From positions 3,126-67,125 of the IMG/VR virus record IMGVR_UViG_2913584337_000003: DNA of 64,000 nt, one strand, 5' to 3'. Positions 35,820-45,299 of this stretch are shown in pieces. The position numbers were made by a program, and so were the translations under genes. How positions within the stretch are numbered: the first letter of the stretch is position 1; each line of letters opens with the position of its first letter. The notes under the pieces were generated by a model. That model had not been told where the DNA came from and made no database searches. It saw nothing but the letters and a program-made list of their open reading frames with translations. Source of the DNA: a virus. Its lineage: Duplodnaviria > Caudoviricetes.

Positions 35820-36002
35820 ATGCTAACGGCCGTACTTATCGTCAGTCTCGTCTATTTTACGGTAGGAATCATCGTAACATCTACGTTAAATTTCATTTAC
35901 GTTGATCCGGCGTATAGATTGAACAGTATTCGCGAAAGTATCCCAGTAGTTGTCGGATGGCCTTTGGTGCTATACGTATTCTGGGCGTTTACTCGAGGTT
36001 AA
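35820..36002 (+). CDS. small membrane protein
   Basis: RBS AAGGAGG, two hydrophobic segments. Confidence 0.6.
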   Translation: MLTAVLIVSLVYFTVGIIVTSTLNFIYVDPAYRLNSIRESIPVVVGWPLVLYVFWAFTRG

Positions 36003-36056
36003 AGCGCACGCCATACGAAAAAACCTCCGTCAATTAAGCGGAGGCTCTTCGTATTT

Positions 36057-36581
36057 TTACAAGCAAAGTGTTTCGTAAGTCTCATCGATTGTCCCTTGTG
36101 TGATCCCGATATATTTCAAGGTGTCGCGCTCGGTCGCGTGGTTTAACATACGCATGACCTGCGCAATGTCGCCGGTCTTCTTATATGTATGAAAGCCGGC
36201 TGTCTTCCTCAGCGAATGGCAGCCGATTTCAATATTAACGCCAGCACGATTGGCGGCTGCGTTCAACAAACGGTAAGCCTGCACACGACTAATCGCCTTG
36301 CCACCTTTTCGCGAAGGGAACAACGGCCCATCAGCCGGCGCTAACTCGTTAATAGCTTTGCGAGCAACGGCGTTAATCTTAATACGCTTAGACTTGCCGG
36401 TCTTGCCTTCATGTAGCGTAATATAATCGCCAGCAACATCGGTGGCAGTTAACGTAAGCAAGTCGCTAATCCTTAGCGCCGTATTAATGCCTAGCGTAAA
36501 TAGTAGGAGGTCGCGCCCGTGCATCGCCTTTTTCATACGGCTAATGTCGCGGATTGATTTAATCGGTTGGACTTCGTTCAC
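36057..36581 (-). CDS. short tyrosine recombinase (catalytic domain only)
   Basis: ALRISD (R), KTGK (K), HSLRK (HxxR), LNH (H), LKYIG (Y); 174 aa with no arm-binding domain. Confidence 0.9.
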   Translation of the reverse strand: MNEVQPIKSIRDISRMKKAMHGRDLLLFTLGINTALRISDLLTLTATDVAGDYITLHEGKTGKSKRIKINAVARKAINELAPADGPLFPSRKGGKAISRVQAYRLLNAAANRAGVNIEIGCHSLRKTAGFHTYKKTGDIAQVMRMLNHATERDTLKYIGITQGTIDETYETLCL

Positions 36582-36769
36582 GCTAAATCGCCTAAGTCCT
36601 CTACGAATTCTTTAAGCATTCTCACTTCGGCTTGCAGTACGTGCAATTGGATTGTTTCATTCGGAGCCATTTCGTAATCTAGGTTATTTTCTTTAGCTTG
36701 TAATTTTGAAAGTAGCGCTTCTTTTCGGCTCAACTTACTTTTATAGAATTCTAACGTTTCGTTAATCAT
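36578..36769 (-). CDS. small coiled-coil protein co-transcribed with the recombinase
   Basis: MINETLEFYKSK... 63 aa; RBS AAGGAG; stop overlaps the recombinase start. Confidence 0.65.
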   Translation of the reverse strand: MINETLEFYKSKLSRKEALLSKLQAKENNLDYEMAPNETIQLHVLQAEVRMLKEFVEDLGDLA

Positions 36770-36806
36770 TTTCGAATACAACTCCTTCAAATGTTTTGTT
36801 ACATTC

Positions 36807-36835
36807 ATAATAAACGATACATAAACGAAAGTCAA
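36807..36835 (-). promoter_or_regulatory. sigmaA promoter of the recombinase operon
   Basis: TTGACT-17-TATTAT. Confidence 0.7.
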
Positions 36836-37030
36836 ACGTAATCTAACGATATTTATGGACCACAGCGTCCAGCGCAACTGAGCGCAGTGTTACGGGGAAG
36901 ATTCGCAGTTTTGACCTGGAATTGAGCCGGTTAATAACCGAGCAAATGGGGCAAATCACAAACGATGTGGTTAATCGTTTTACATAGCGTCGATTTCTGG
37001 CGCAAATAAAACGAAAAGGAGGCGATTATT

Positions 37031-38791
37031 ATCGCATGGTTCGGTAACAGGTGGGTCGAGTCAGCAGAACGTGCTGATATAATCGCCACCTACCGAGAAT
37101 ATAAAGAGGCGCTTGACGCAAAGTATCCGGACGTAGGCGAAATGGATGCTGATACAATGGCGGACTACCTGGCGGCTTGTAAGGAATTGGCGAGGCTTGA
37201 ACGGATTCACCGTTGCGAGCGCGACCTGCTCGAATTTTCCATCGAATATTTTTCGGAGGCCAAGAATCCCGGCAACGCAGGTAACTGGGAAGGGTTTGAC
37301 GTAACCAATCGCGAAGATGCGGCGGAGTTCCATAAGGAAATTTGCGAAATAATGAACGAAGTATCGACGACGAAGCCAAACGCTAAGACTGCAGTAGCCG
37401 TAGCGAGGTCGCATGGTAAGTCGACGTATTTAACTAAGGCGTTCCCGTTACACGAAACAGTTTACCGCAAACGTAAATACATTATCATTATTTCGGAAAC
37501 TCCTTCCGTATCAGGACCGAACTTAGAGTGGTTGGCGACGCAGTTAAAGTTCAACGAGAAGCTACGCGCCGACTTTGGCCCGTTACTTTCGATAAAGCAA
37601 CAAGAAAATCCGAAAGATAATAGTGCGGAGTTCATAACATGGGAACCACGCGGAGAGCAAAAACGACAATTAACGAAGATTGAAGCAGCCTCGACAGGTC
37701 AAGCGCTTCGTGGACGAAATTGGAATGGTTCTCGTCCGGATTTAATTACGTGTGATGACTTAGAGGACGCAAAGACTAATGCGGCTACTCCGGAGCAACG
37801 AACTAAACTACGTGATTGGTTCAGTTCTGTCGTAATGCCTCTCGGTGACCCAAAGGGCGAGAAGACAGCCTTCGTGATAATGGGCACTACTGTTCACTAT
37901 GACAGCTTATTAATGAACATCTTATATAAGCGGTCTGACTTCGAAACGCGCGTATATAGGGCGATAATAAATCCGCCTGAACGCGGTGACTTATGGGAAC
38001 AGTGTCGCGAAATATATATCGAACGCGAGAATCCTAACAGACGTATCGACGCCGAGGCTTTCTATAAAGAGAATTTCGACGAAATGAATAACGGCGTAAA
38101 GGTATTATGGTCGGAGTTTCAGTCTATTTGGAAGCTAATGACTTGGCGATGGGACAACGGAAGCAAAGCCTTTAACACGGAGTATCAGAATAATCCGATA
38201 GACGAAGAAAACATGGTATTTAATCCGGAAACCTTTACGTATTGGGACGACAATGAACCGGACAAACAATTTCCGCATAATCAATACACGATTTCAATGG
38301 GCGTCGATTTCGCCCTCGGAAAAGAACGTGGAGATTACTCAGCAGTAACCGTAGTTGCGAAGCATAAGGAAAGTGGCGCAATTTACGTAGCGGATTCGTA
38401 TGCGGAGCGTATTCACCCGGATGAGTTTATGAAGGCTATAACGAAATTAACGATTAAATGGCAACCTGACGTAATTGGCGCGGAAAGCGTGGCTGCGCAG
38501 GAGTTCTTCGTAGATAAATTGAAAGAAGCGTTACAGTTCGCAGGCTATCCGGCACACAATCGCGTAAAGAAGGTTTACCAAAGATCACGGAAAGAATTGC
38601 GTATTGAGTCAATGATGCCAGACATAGAGTCGAAAAAGATTCGGTTCTGCCGTAAGCATCGCATTATGCTCGAACAGTTTGAGCGCTACGGGCAAGGCGA
38701 ACACGATGACGCCATTGACAGCCTCGAAATTTCGATAAGCTCAATAAAGAGAGCGAAACGACAATTACAAGATAAGCCGTCATGGTTATAA
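37031..38791 (+). CDS. terminase large subunit
   Basis: ARSHGKST, RPDLITCDDLED, GVDFALG, HDDAID; frame open to ATC 37031 behind RBS AAGGAGG. Confidence 0.9.
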   Translation: MAWFGNRWVESAERADIIATYREYKEALDAKYPDVGEMDADTMADYLAACKELARLERIHRCERDLLEFSIEYFSEAKNPGNAGNWEGFDVTNREDAAEFHKEICEIMNEVSTTKPNAKTAVAVARSHGKSTYLTKAFPLHETVYRKRKYIIIISETPSVSGPNLEWLATQLKFNEKLRADFGPLLSIKQQENPKDNSAEFITWEPRGEQKRQLTKIEAASTGQALRGRNWNGSRPDLITCDDLEDAKTNAATPEQRTKLRDWFSSVVMPLGDPKGEKTAFVIMGTTVHYDSLLMNILYKRSDFETRVYRAIINPPERGDLWEQCREIYIERENPNRRIDAEAFYKENFDEMNNGVKVLWSEFQSIWKLMTWRWDNGSKAFNTEYQNNPIDEENMVFNPETFTYWDDNEPDKQFPHNQYTISMGVDFALGKERGDYSAVTVVAKHKESGAIYVADSYAERIHPDEFMKAITKLTIKWQPDVIGAESVAAQEFFVDKLKEALQFAGYPAHNRVKKVYQRSRKELRIESMMPDIESKKIRFCRKHRIMLEQFERYGQGEHDDAIDSLEISISSIKRAKRQLQDKPSWL

Positions 38792-38807
38792 CTTAATAAT
38801 TTTTACT

Positions 38808-38887
38808 GACCGAATAGGAACGGAAGTCATGAGCCGTTCTGATAAGCGCATATCTCGGTGCGCTTTCGGTCTTTTTTAATGCCGAGA
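38808..38887 (+). promoter_or_regulatory. structured cis-regulatory RNA/terminator upstream of the HNH gene
   Basis: GACCGA/TCGGTC closing stem plus T6, inner stems GAACGG/CCGTTC and AAGCGCA/TGCGCTT, loop TCTCGG complementary to downstream CCGAGA. Confidence 0.6.
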
Positions 38888-38909
38888 AATCACAACGAGG
38901 AGTGGTTTT

Positions 38910-39680
38910 ATGCGAAAAGCGCACAACCGAATAGATTTACCTGCGAAGGAAATAGCAGAGAAATACAATTCCGGTATGACCGCAGAGGCTATCGGAAAAC
39001 ATTACGACGTAGCCAAGAAAACGATACTTACGCGATTAAAAGAGGAAGGTATTACGCGAAGACAGCAACCAAGTTATAACGTAGATTCTGAATGGTTACG
39101 CATAGAGTACGTAGATAAAAAACGTAGCACACGCGATATAGCGGAGGAAGTCGGCTGTAGTAGTAAACACATAGCGAAGCAATTGCATAAACACGCCATA
39201 CCAATACGCAAACATTGCGGGGCTCCTGAGTTCACTAAGCAAGAGCGCGTCAATAAGTGGGCGAAACCCTTAGACGAGCACCCGTTATGGAAGGGCGGAG
39301 TAACGAGCCTAAATGAACACTTACGTACTGCGACATTTGAATGGCGTATGGAGTGTTTACAAAGTACGAGGTTTACGTGTGTAGTTACCGGCATGCGTCA
39401 TAAAAATTTAGACGTGCATCATACGAAGGCGTTTAACGAAATACGTGACGAATCTATAGCGGAACTTGGTCTACTGAAGCATAAGAAAGTTTCGGACTAC
39501 ACCGTCGAAGAAATCGCATCTTTATTCGAATTAATAAAGCAAAAACACGAAAATATTAAAGGCTATCCGATAGGGCGATCGCTGCATAAGGAGTTTCATA
39601 AGCAATACGGAGTACACGCCACAGAGTCAGACTTTGAGGAATTTATACGAAACTATAACGAAAAGGAGGCGGTAGTTTGA
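38910..39680 (+). CDS. HNH-like endonuclease with tandem N-terminal HTH repeats
   Basis: Two HTH repeats; WKGG, FTCVVTG..LDVHH ... LHKEFHKQYG. Confidence 0.7.
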   Translation: MRKAHNRIDLPAKEIAEKYNSGMTAEAIGKHYDVAKKTILTRLKEEGITRRQQPSYNVDSEWLRIEYVDKKRSTRDIAEEVGCSSKHIAKQLHKHAIPIRKHCGAPEFTKQERVNKWAKPLDEHPLWKGGVTSLNEHLRTATFEWRMECLQSTRFTCVVTGMRHKNLDVHHTKAFNEIRDESIAELGLLKHKKVSDYTVEEIASLFELIKQKHENIKGYPIGRSLHKEFHKQYGVHATESDFEEFIRNYNEKEAVV

Positions 39681-40612
39681 CGGAACTTCTAAATAAAGTA
39701 ACGCAAGGCGACTGCCTCGAAGTGAGTAAGCGTATAGAAAGCGGTAGCGTTGACTTAATACTAACGGACTTACCCTACGGTACGATGAACGGCGCAATGC
39801 TTGACGGTTGGGGAGGAAATAAAACTTCCTGGGATTTTGCGATTGACCCGAAAGACGTTTACGCAATAGCTAACCGTATTCTACGCAAGAACGGAAAAAT
39901 GGTCTTATTCAGCCAAGAACCTTACACTAGTAGGCTTATAAACGAAGCCACTCCTAATGTACCGTTTTCATACCGTATGGTGTGGGAGAAAGATCACTTC
40001 GCTAATAGTTTAATCGCTAAAAAAGCGCCTGTCAGTTACTACGAGGACATACTCGTATTTAGTAAAACGCATGACATAGAAGGAGTACATCCCTTAAGAT
40101 CATACTTTACGCACGTGTTGGAGTATATTGGGCTGACGTTAAAACAGATAAACGATACGCTAGGTCATCGCAGAGCGGAGCACACCTTTTACGTCACAAG
40201 CACGCAGTACGGTCTATGTACCGAAAGGACTTACGACGAGTTAATTAACGTGTTCAATATCAACAAAATGGACGGATTTAAAACATACACCGAGTTACGA
40301 GAAATAGATAAGCGATTCGACAGTGTGTTCAATCTTTGGGAAGGCGGAAAGTATAAGAGTAACATCCTAAGATATAAAAAGGATTACGACGGATACCATC
40401 CGACGCAAAAACCTGTACTACTGCTCGAAGATTTAATAAAAACGTTCAGCAATGAGGGCGACACGGTAGTAGATTTAACGGCAGGTAGCGGAAGTACAGT
40501 GGTCGCGGCGATTAATACCTGTCGTAATTTTATCGGAATCGAACGCGAATCAGATTACGTCGACATAGCAAATAAACGCATACAAGAAGCGAGAAAGGAG
40601 GCGCTAATGTGA
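39677..40612 (+). CDS. orphan DNA methyltransferase (beta class)
   Basis: DLPY, HPTQKP, DLTAGSGST. Confidence 0.9.
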   Translation: MTELLNKVTQGDCLEVSKRIESGSVDLILTDLPYGTMNGAMLDGWGGNKTSWDFAIDPKDVYAIANRILRKNGKMVLFSQEPYTSRLINEATPNVPFSYRMVWEKDHFANSLIAKKAPVSYYEDILVFSKTHDIEGVHPLRSYFTHVLEYIGLTLKQINDTLGHRRAEHTFYVTSTQYGLCTERTYDELINVFNINKMDGFKTYTELREIDKRFDSVFNLWEGGKYKSNILRYKKDYDGYHPTQKPVLLLEDLIKTFSNEGDTVVDLTAGSGSTVVAAINTCRNFIGIERESDYVDIANKRIQEARKEALM

Positions 40613-42153
40613 CGATATTTTACGAAGGCGGTCAGTTTCCGCCGGAAGCAGACATCGAACGTATCGCAAAATACAAGCGAATGAAAAAGTATTATGACGG
40701 AAAGCAGTGGGAAGTTTACGATCGAGTTCGCGCATTACTTGACGGAACGCCACAACAAGTACAACTAGACCGACTATATATCGCGATAAATCTCGCTAGA
40801 ATCCTGGTAATGAAACCGGCCGACATGCTCGTTGGTGACCGTCCGATTTACGAAGCAGGCAAGCCAGACGATTCGCCGGAACAAAAGGCGCTAAATAAGT
40901 ACGTAGAGGAGAACGATTTAAATACGATTATTTACGAAAGTACAACGGCTAACGGATATCGCGGCGATTCTTTTATTAAAGTTCGCTATGGTAGACGCCA
41001 AGACTTATCGGAGGTTCAAAGCGTATTATCGCCGGAAGCATTCGCTCAGTATATCGCAGACATTTCGATGGAGCCGATTATCGAACATGTAAACGCTGAG
41101 ACAGTTTTTCCGGAAACAGCGGACGGTAACGTTAAGCAATTTAAGGCGGTAAATATCGCTACAATCGAATGGGTCGAGACCCGTAAAACAGAGATTCCGT
41201 TCTTGAACGTTGAGCGACATGTGCCAGGATTTATTATTTATGAACGCTATCGTTTACACCAGCTCCCGGAAGTCGGAGTCAACAATCAGTTTGGCGTTCC
41301 TATTACGCTATACACGATTGGCGAAAAGGTAGCGACAGGCCGCAAAACCGATGTCGTGGCGACAGGGCTTCCTCATATTCCGGTATTCCATATTCCGTAC
41401 ACGTCGGTAGATGACGATTGGCAAGGCGGAGGATTTATCGAAACCATCGCGAGCGCATTGCACGCGTTAGAGGATTGCGTAACGGCGCTATCTTATATTC
41501 TGCAGAAGCACGCTGATCCGACTTTTTACGGCCCAGATATTGAGGGACCGATGGCGAATAGCACTAGTTTCGGCGGTAAATATATACCTATTACGAAAGA
41601 AGACGCAACGCCTGGGGCAGTTACGTGGAACGGTCAGCTTGATTCCGTATTCAAGGAAATGGACTTCTTGCTTTCGTATATTTTCCAAATGAGCGAAACG
41701 CCGCAATGGCTATTCGGAACAACAGTAAGTGGCGGCAACTCCGGCGGGACAGGAACGAGCCATACGGATAGTGGTTCGATTAAAGCGCGATTCTTGCCGA
41801 TATTGAGCAAGGTGAAAAGAATCCGCAATCACTATGATAAAGCGATTAGAGATGCACTATGGACGTGCTACTTATTCGATAAGGAGTTCGGAGAATATTC
41901 CGGAGAAGACGTATATCCTACGGTTATTTGGAAAGATGGCCTTCCGAAGAATCTCAAAGAAGAAGCGGAAATAGCGCAACTTCGTACTGGAGGAAAACCT
42001 ACGCTAGACGTACAGTCAGCTATCAAGTCGCTTGACGAAGTAGACGACGACAAGGCCACGGAAATCACGCGACGTATTGAGAAAGATGAAAAGGCGGCGA
42101 TTGGCACGGTCGATGCTTCGATATTTAACGTGGACAAAGGGATTGGTGCGTAA
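40609..42153 (+). CDS. portal protein (SPP1 gp6-like)
   Basis: 514 aa, YYDGKQ, position after TerL. Confidence 0.8.
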   Translation: MTIFYEGGQFPPEADIERIAKYKRMKKYYDGKQWEVYDRVRALLDGTPQQVQLDRLYIAINLARILVMKPADMLVGDRPIYEAGKPDDSPEQKALNKYVEENDLNTIIYESTTANGYRGDSFIKVRYGRRQDLSEVQSVLSPEAFAQYIADISMEPIIEHVNAETVFPETADGNVKQFKAVNIATIEWVETRKTEIPFLNVERHVPGFIIYERYRLHQLPEVGVNNQFGVPITLYTIGEKVATGRKTDVVATGLPHIPVFHIPYTSVDDDWQGGGFIETIASALHALEDCVTALSYILQKHADPTFYGPDIEGPMANSTSFGGKYIPITKEDATPGAVTWNGQLDSVFKEMDFLLSYIFQMSETPQWLFGTTVSGGNSGGTGTSHTDSGSIKARFLPILSKVKRIRNHYDKAIRDALWTCYLFDKEFGEYSGEDVYPTVIWKDGLPKNLKEEAEIAQLRTGGKPTLDVQSAIKSLDEVDDDKATEITRRIEKDEKAAIGTVDASIFNVDKGIGA

Positions 42154-43028
42154 TGGCCAATGAATTTCGCGAGCCACCTCGCCCCAATTACGACTACGAT
42201 GTGCGAAAGCTAGTCAGCGCCTACGAGCGTGCATTGACGAATATCCAAGCGCAACTTAATTCGCTAATGCTTTCGGATTTCGAACGTGCCTCAATACTGG
42301 CGGTACAGGCACACATAGCGGCAACGTTGAAAGAGCTAAACGGATTCACGGCGGAGTGGACTGGCGAAGCGCTAACGAAAGCTGTCACGCAAGGTTCGGC
42401 TGACGCAATCTATGCGCTAGGGCTTGCGTCGACACTGCAGGAAGCGACTAATATCGTCAAGTTTAATCGTATGAACAAGGAACTTGTCAAGGCAGCCATT
42501 GCCGACACGCAAGCGGATTTACTCGCGGTGACTCAAAACGTAGAACGCCGAACGCGAGCGGCAGTCCGTACAGCAACGTCGGAAATGATGCGTGCTCATA
42601 TGGCGCAAGGTGTGAGTGGTACGGCTACACTACGCCGAGATTTGACGAAAAGAATACGAAAGCAACTCGGAGATGCGGCGGACACGTCGATAATCGATGC
42701 GAGCGGGGGCCGTTGGAAGTTGGCAAAGTATACGGATATGTTAGTGCGGACTAAGATGATGGAGGCGCACAAGGAATCGACGATTAACGAGGCGGTAGGA
42801 CGCGATGTTCAATACGGAGTGATTTCGAGGCACGGCGCGAAGGATGCTTGCCGAAATTGGGAAGGCAAAATCGTGAAGCTGACGCCTGATGCGCCAGGCA
42901 ATTATCCTTACATCGGAAATCTACCGAGGAACGAGATATTTCATCCCCGATGTGCCCATGTAGTATCACCTGTGCGTAGGCCCGACCGATTACCAGACGA
43001 TTTAAAGAAACTTAATAACGTTAACTAG
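42153..43028 (+). CDS. minor capsid / head morphogenesis protein
   Basis: DASGGRW, ISRHGAKDAC, FHPRCAH. Confidence 0.8.
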   Translation: MANEFREPPRPNYDYDVRKLVSAYERALTNIQAQLNSLMLSDFERASILAVQAHIAATLKELNGFTAEWTGEALTKAVTQGSADAIYALGLASTLQEATNIVKFNRMNKELVKAAIADTQADLLAVTQNVERRTRAAVRTATSEMMRAHMAQGVSGTATLRRDLTKRIRKQLGDAADTSIIDASGGRWKLAKYTDMLVRTKMMEAHKESTINEAVGRDVQYGVISRHGAKDACRNWEGKIVKLTPDAPGNYPYIGNLPRNEIFHPRCAHVVSPVRRPDRLPDDLKKLNNVN

Positions 43029-43137
43029 CGCTTGGCTTTTATAGTCGGCGTCTTTTTTATGCCTTACGAAACGGCGTTAAACTTTCGGCTGAAAAAATCT
43101 ATGGTCCACGTATGACCTTAAACGCGGAGGTACGAAA

Positions 43138-43845
43138 ATGGAACAACGCAAATTATTACGTTTAGACTTACAACACTTCGCAGGTGAAGATCCAACGGAG
43201 CCAGTAGAACCAACAGAACCACCGGCCGCGCCTAAGGAACCAACACCAGCACCGAAAACATTTACGCAAGAAGAACTAGATAAAATTGTAGCTGACCGTA
43301 TTGCACGCGAGAAAAAGAAACTCGACAAGTATGCGGACTACGACGAAATCAAAACGAAGGCGAGCGAGTATGAAAAGCAACTCGAAGAAAAACGCCTTGC
43401 CGAACTTAGCGAAAAAGAACGCTTAGCAGAAATCGCGAAAAAATTCGAGGCAGAAAAATCGGCACTATCGGCTGAACTCGAGGCCACTCGCGAAAGTATG
43501 AAAGCGGAAAAAATCCGCACGGAATTTATTAAGGTTGCTACGAGCAATCAAGTCGCCTATATCGATGACGCATTCAGCCTCGCAGATTTATCGGCCGTGA
43601 CAATCGACGAGGACGGAAAAGTAGTCGGAATGGATGACGCGATTAAGGCGCTCGTTGACAATAAACCGTTTTTGCTTGCGAAGAAACAACCGACAGCTAT
43701 CGGAGAGCCGACGAACGGAACTCCAGAGCGCACCGACAAGACAGCCGAGCAGTTGCTACACGATGCTGCGGAAAAAGCACGTAAGAGCGGACGTATTGAG
43801 GATAAGATGGCCTACGCAACTCTGAAGGCCGAACTGAACAAGTAG
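43138..43845 (+). CDS. capsid scaffolding protein
   Basis: LRLDLQHFAG N-terminal motif, KTFTQEELD, coiled coil. Confidence 0.85.
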   Translation: MEQRKLLRLDLQHFAGEDPTEPVEPTEPPAAPKEPTPAPKTFTQEELDKIVADRIAREKKKLDKYADYDEIKTKASEYEKQLEEKRLAELSEKERLAEIAKKFEAEKSALSAELEATRESMKAEKIRTEFIKVATSNQVAYIDDAFSLADLSAVTIDEDGKVVGMDDAIKALVDNKPFLLAKKQPTAIGEPTNGTPERTDKTAEQLLHDAAEKARKSGRIEDKMAYATLKAELNK

Positions 43846-43917
43846 TATGGACGCTGTCAAAAAATTGACGCGTCTTTTTTAGTACAAAAAAACAAACACT
43901 CAGGAGGAAATTATAAA

Positions 43918-45006
43918 ATGGCTAAAATTTATGATGCGAGTTTAATCGGCAAAAAACAATCGGTAGTAGATGAGATTCTATTGCTTAACCAACACCAAAC
44001 CCCACTACTTAACATGTTAGGATTCGCTGCACCAGTTACGCAAACTACTCACCAATGGTTCGAAGATGAAATGTATGCTGACGAATCTACTGTAGCAGGC
44101 GCTAAGCTTGTATCCGATACTGCTGTTGTAGTTGCAGACGTAGAGCCATTCCGCGTAGGCCACGTTGTTAAAATCGGCGAAGAATTACTGTTAGTTACTG
44201 CTATTACCACGGGAACTAAAACATTAACTGTTACGCGCGGTTATGCTGGAACTACTGCCGCTGCAATCGCTGACGCTGCTAAAATCGAAGTACAATTCGT
44301 AGAAGGTGCAGAAGGATCAGACGTACGTGGAGCTCGATACAAAGCACGTGTTGCTAAGTCTAACAAAACGCAAATTTTTGACGACTCTGTTGAAATCTCC
44401 GGTACTGCACAAGCCGTTCAACAGTACGGAATTGGCGATCTTTACGAGTACGAAAAACAAAAGAAACAAGTTGAGCTTGCGTTGCAATTAGAAAAAGCGC
44501 TTATCAACGGCGTTCAATATGAAAACGGTCAAATCCGCCAAATGAAAGGTGTTCGTCAGTTCATTCAAACTAATGTCACTAACGTTGCTGGCGCGATTTC
44601 ACTTGACGCTATCACGAACCTTGGTCAATCAATCTACGAAGCTGGCGGATTCGCTACTGGCGGAAACTACAAAGTAATCGTAGGCGCGAAACAAAAACGT
44701 AAATTGTCTGCGCTTGATACAAACAAAGTACAAATCAGCCGTTCTGAAAATTCTCGTGGTGAAGTAGTTGATACGCTTGTAAATGACTTCGGTCAATTTG
44801 AAATTGCGTTGAACAACAACCTGGCTGCTGACGAGTTACTTTTCGTTGATGCTAACCGTATGGCTATTCGTCCATTAGTTGGTCGCGAATTCTTTCACAA
44901 ATACATGGGTGAAAAAGGCGATTACACAGTCGGTATGCTTGTTGGCGAGTACACGCTTGAATTCCAACAAGAAAAAGCTCATGGACGTCTTAAAGGACTT
45001 AACTAA
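43918..45006 (+). CDS. major capsid protein (DUF5309/SU10-like)
   Basis: TPLL, HQWFED, NKTQIF, GEYTLE; highly expressed codon usage; follows scaffold. Confidence 0.85.
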   Translation: MAKIYDASLIGKKQSVVDEILLLNQHQTPLLNMLGFAAPVTQTTHQWFEDEMYADESTVAGAKLVSDTAVVVADVEPFRVGHVVKIGEELLLVTAITTGTKTLTVTRGYAGTTAAAIADAAKIEVQFVEGAEGSDVRGARYKARVAKSNKTQIFDDSVEISGTAQAVQQYGIGDLYEYEKQKKQVELALQLEKALINGVQYENGQIRQMKGVRQFIQTNVTNVAGAISLDAITNLGQSIYEAGGFATGGNYKVIVGAKQKRKLSALDTNKVQISRSENSRGEVVDTLVNDFGQFEIALNNNLAADELLFVDANRMAIRPLVGREFFHKYMGEKGDYTVGMLVGEYTLEFQQEKAHGRLKGLN

Positions 45007-45018
45007 TTCAAACTAACG

Positions 45019-45042
45019 GCTCGCAGGTTTCTGCGGGCTTTT
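45019..45042 (+). terminator. rho-independent terminator after the major capsid gene
   Basis: GCTCGCAG-GTTT-CTGCGGGC-TTTT. Confidence 0.7.
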
Positions 45043-45062
45043 CTAATTAGGCGGTGAAGTAC

Positions 45063-45287
45063 ATGGCAGAATTTAAATCGCAATATAAAGAGCTCGGCTT
45101 TTACGTAGATGGCGAATTTAAGAAGTTTAACGACGGTCGCTACGCTACTGAGGACGAAGCAACGATCGAAGTGTTATCGAATATCTCAGACGCACAGCGC
45201 GTCGCAGAGGCGAAAGCCGAACCAAAAGCGGAGGAAACGCCGAAGCCGAAACCTAAAGCTCCTGCGAAGAAAACCTCCGGAAAATAA
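45063..45287 (+). CDS. small head-associated hypothetical protein
   Basis: Position after capsid gene; Lys/Pro-rich tail. Confidence 0.6.
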   Translation: MAEFKSQYKELGFYVDGEFKKFNDGRYATEDEATIEVLSNISDAQRVAEAKAEPKAEETPKPKPKAPAKKTSGK

Positions 45288-45299
45288 GGAGGCGATTTT

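Noticed and set aside
36057-36581. The prophage integrase
   Set aside because: Lacks N-terminal arm/core-binding domains and lies between terS and terL with no visible att junction
36871-36925. Additional cassette sites upstream of the recombinase (AGCGCAACT, TTCGCAGTT)
   Set aside because: Only left arms match; no right arm at the expected spacing. The same applies to partial matches at ~55206 and ~61550
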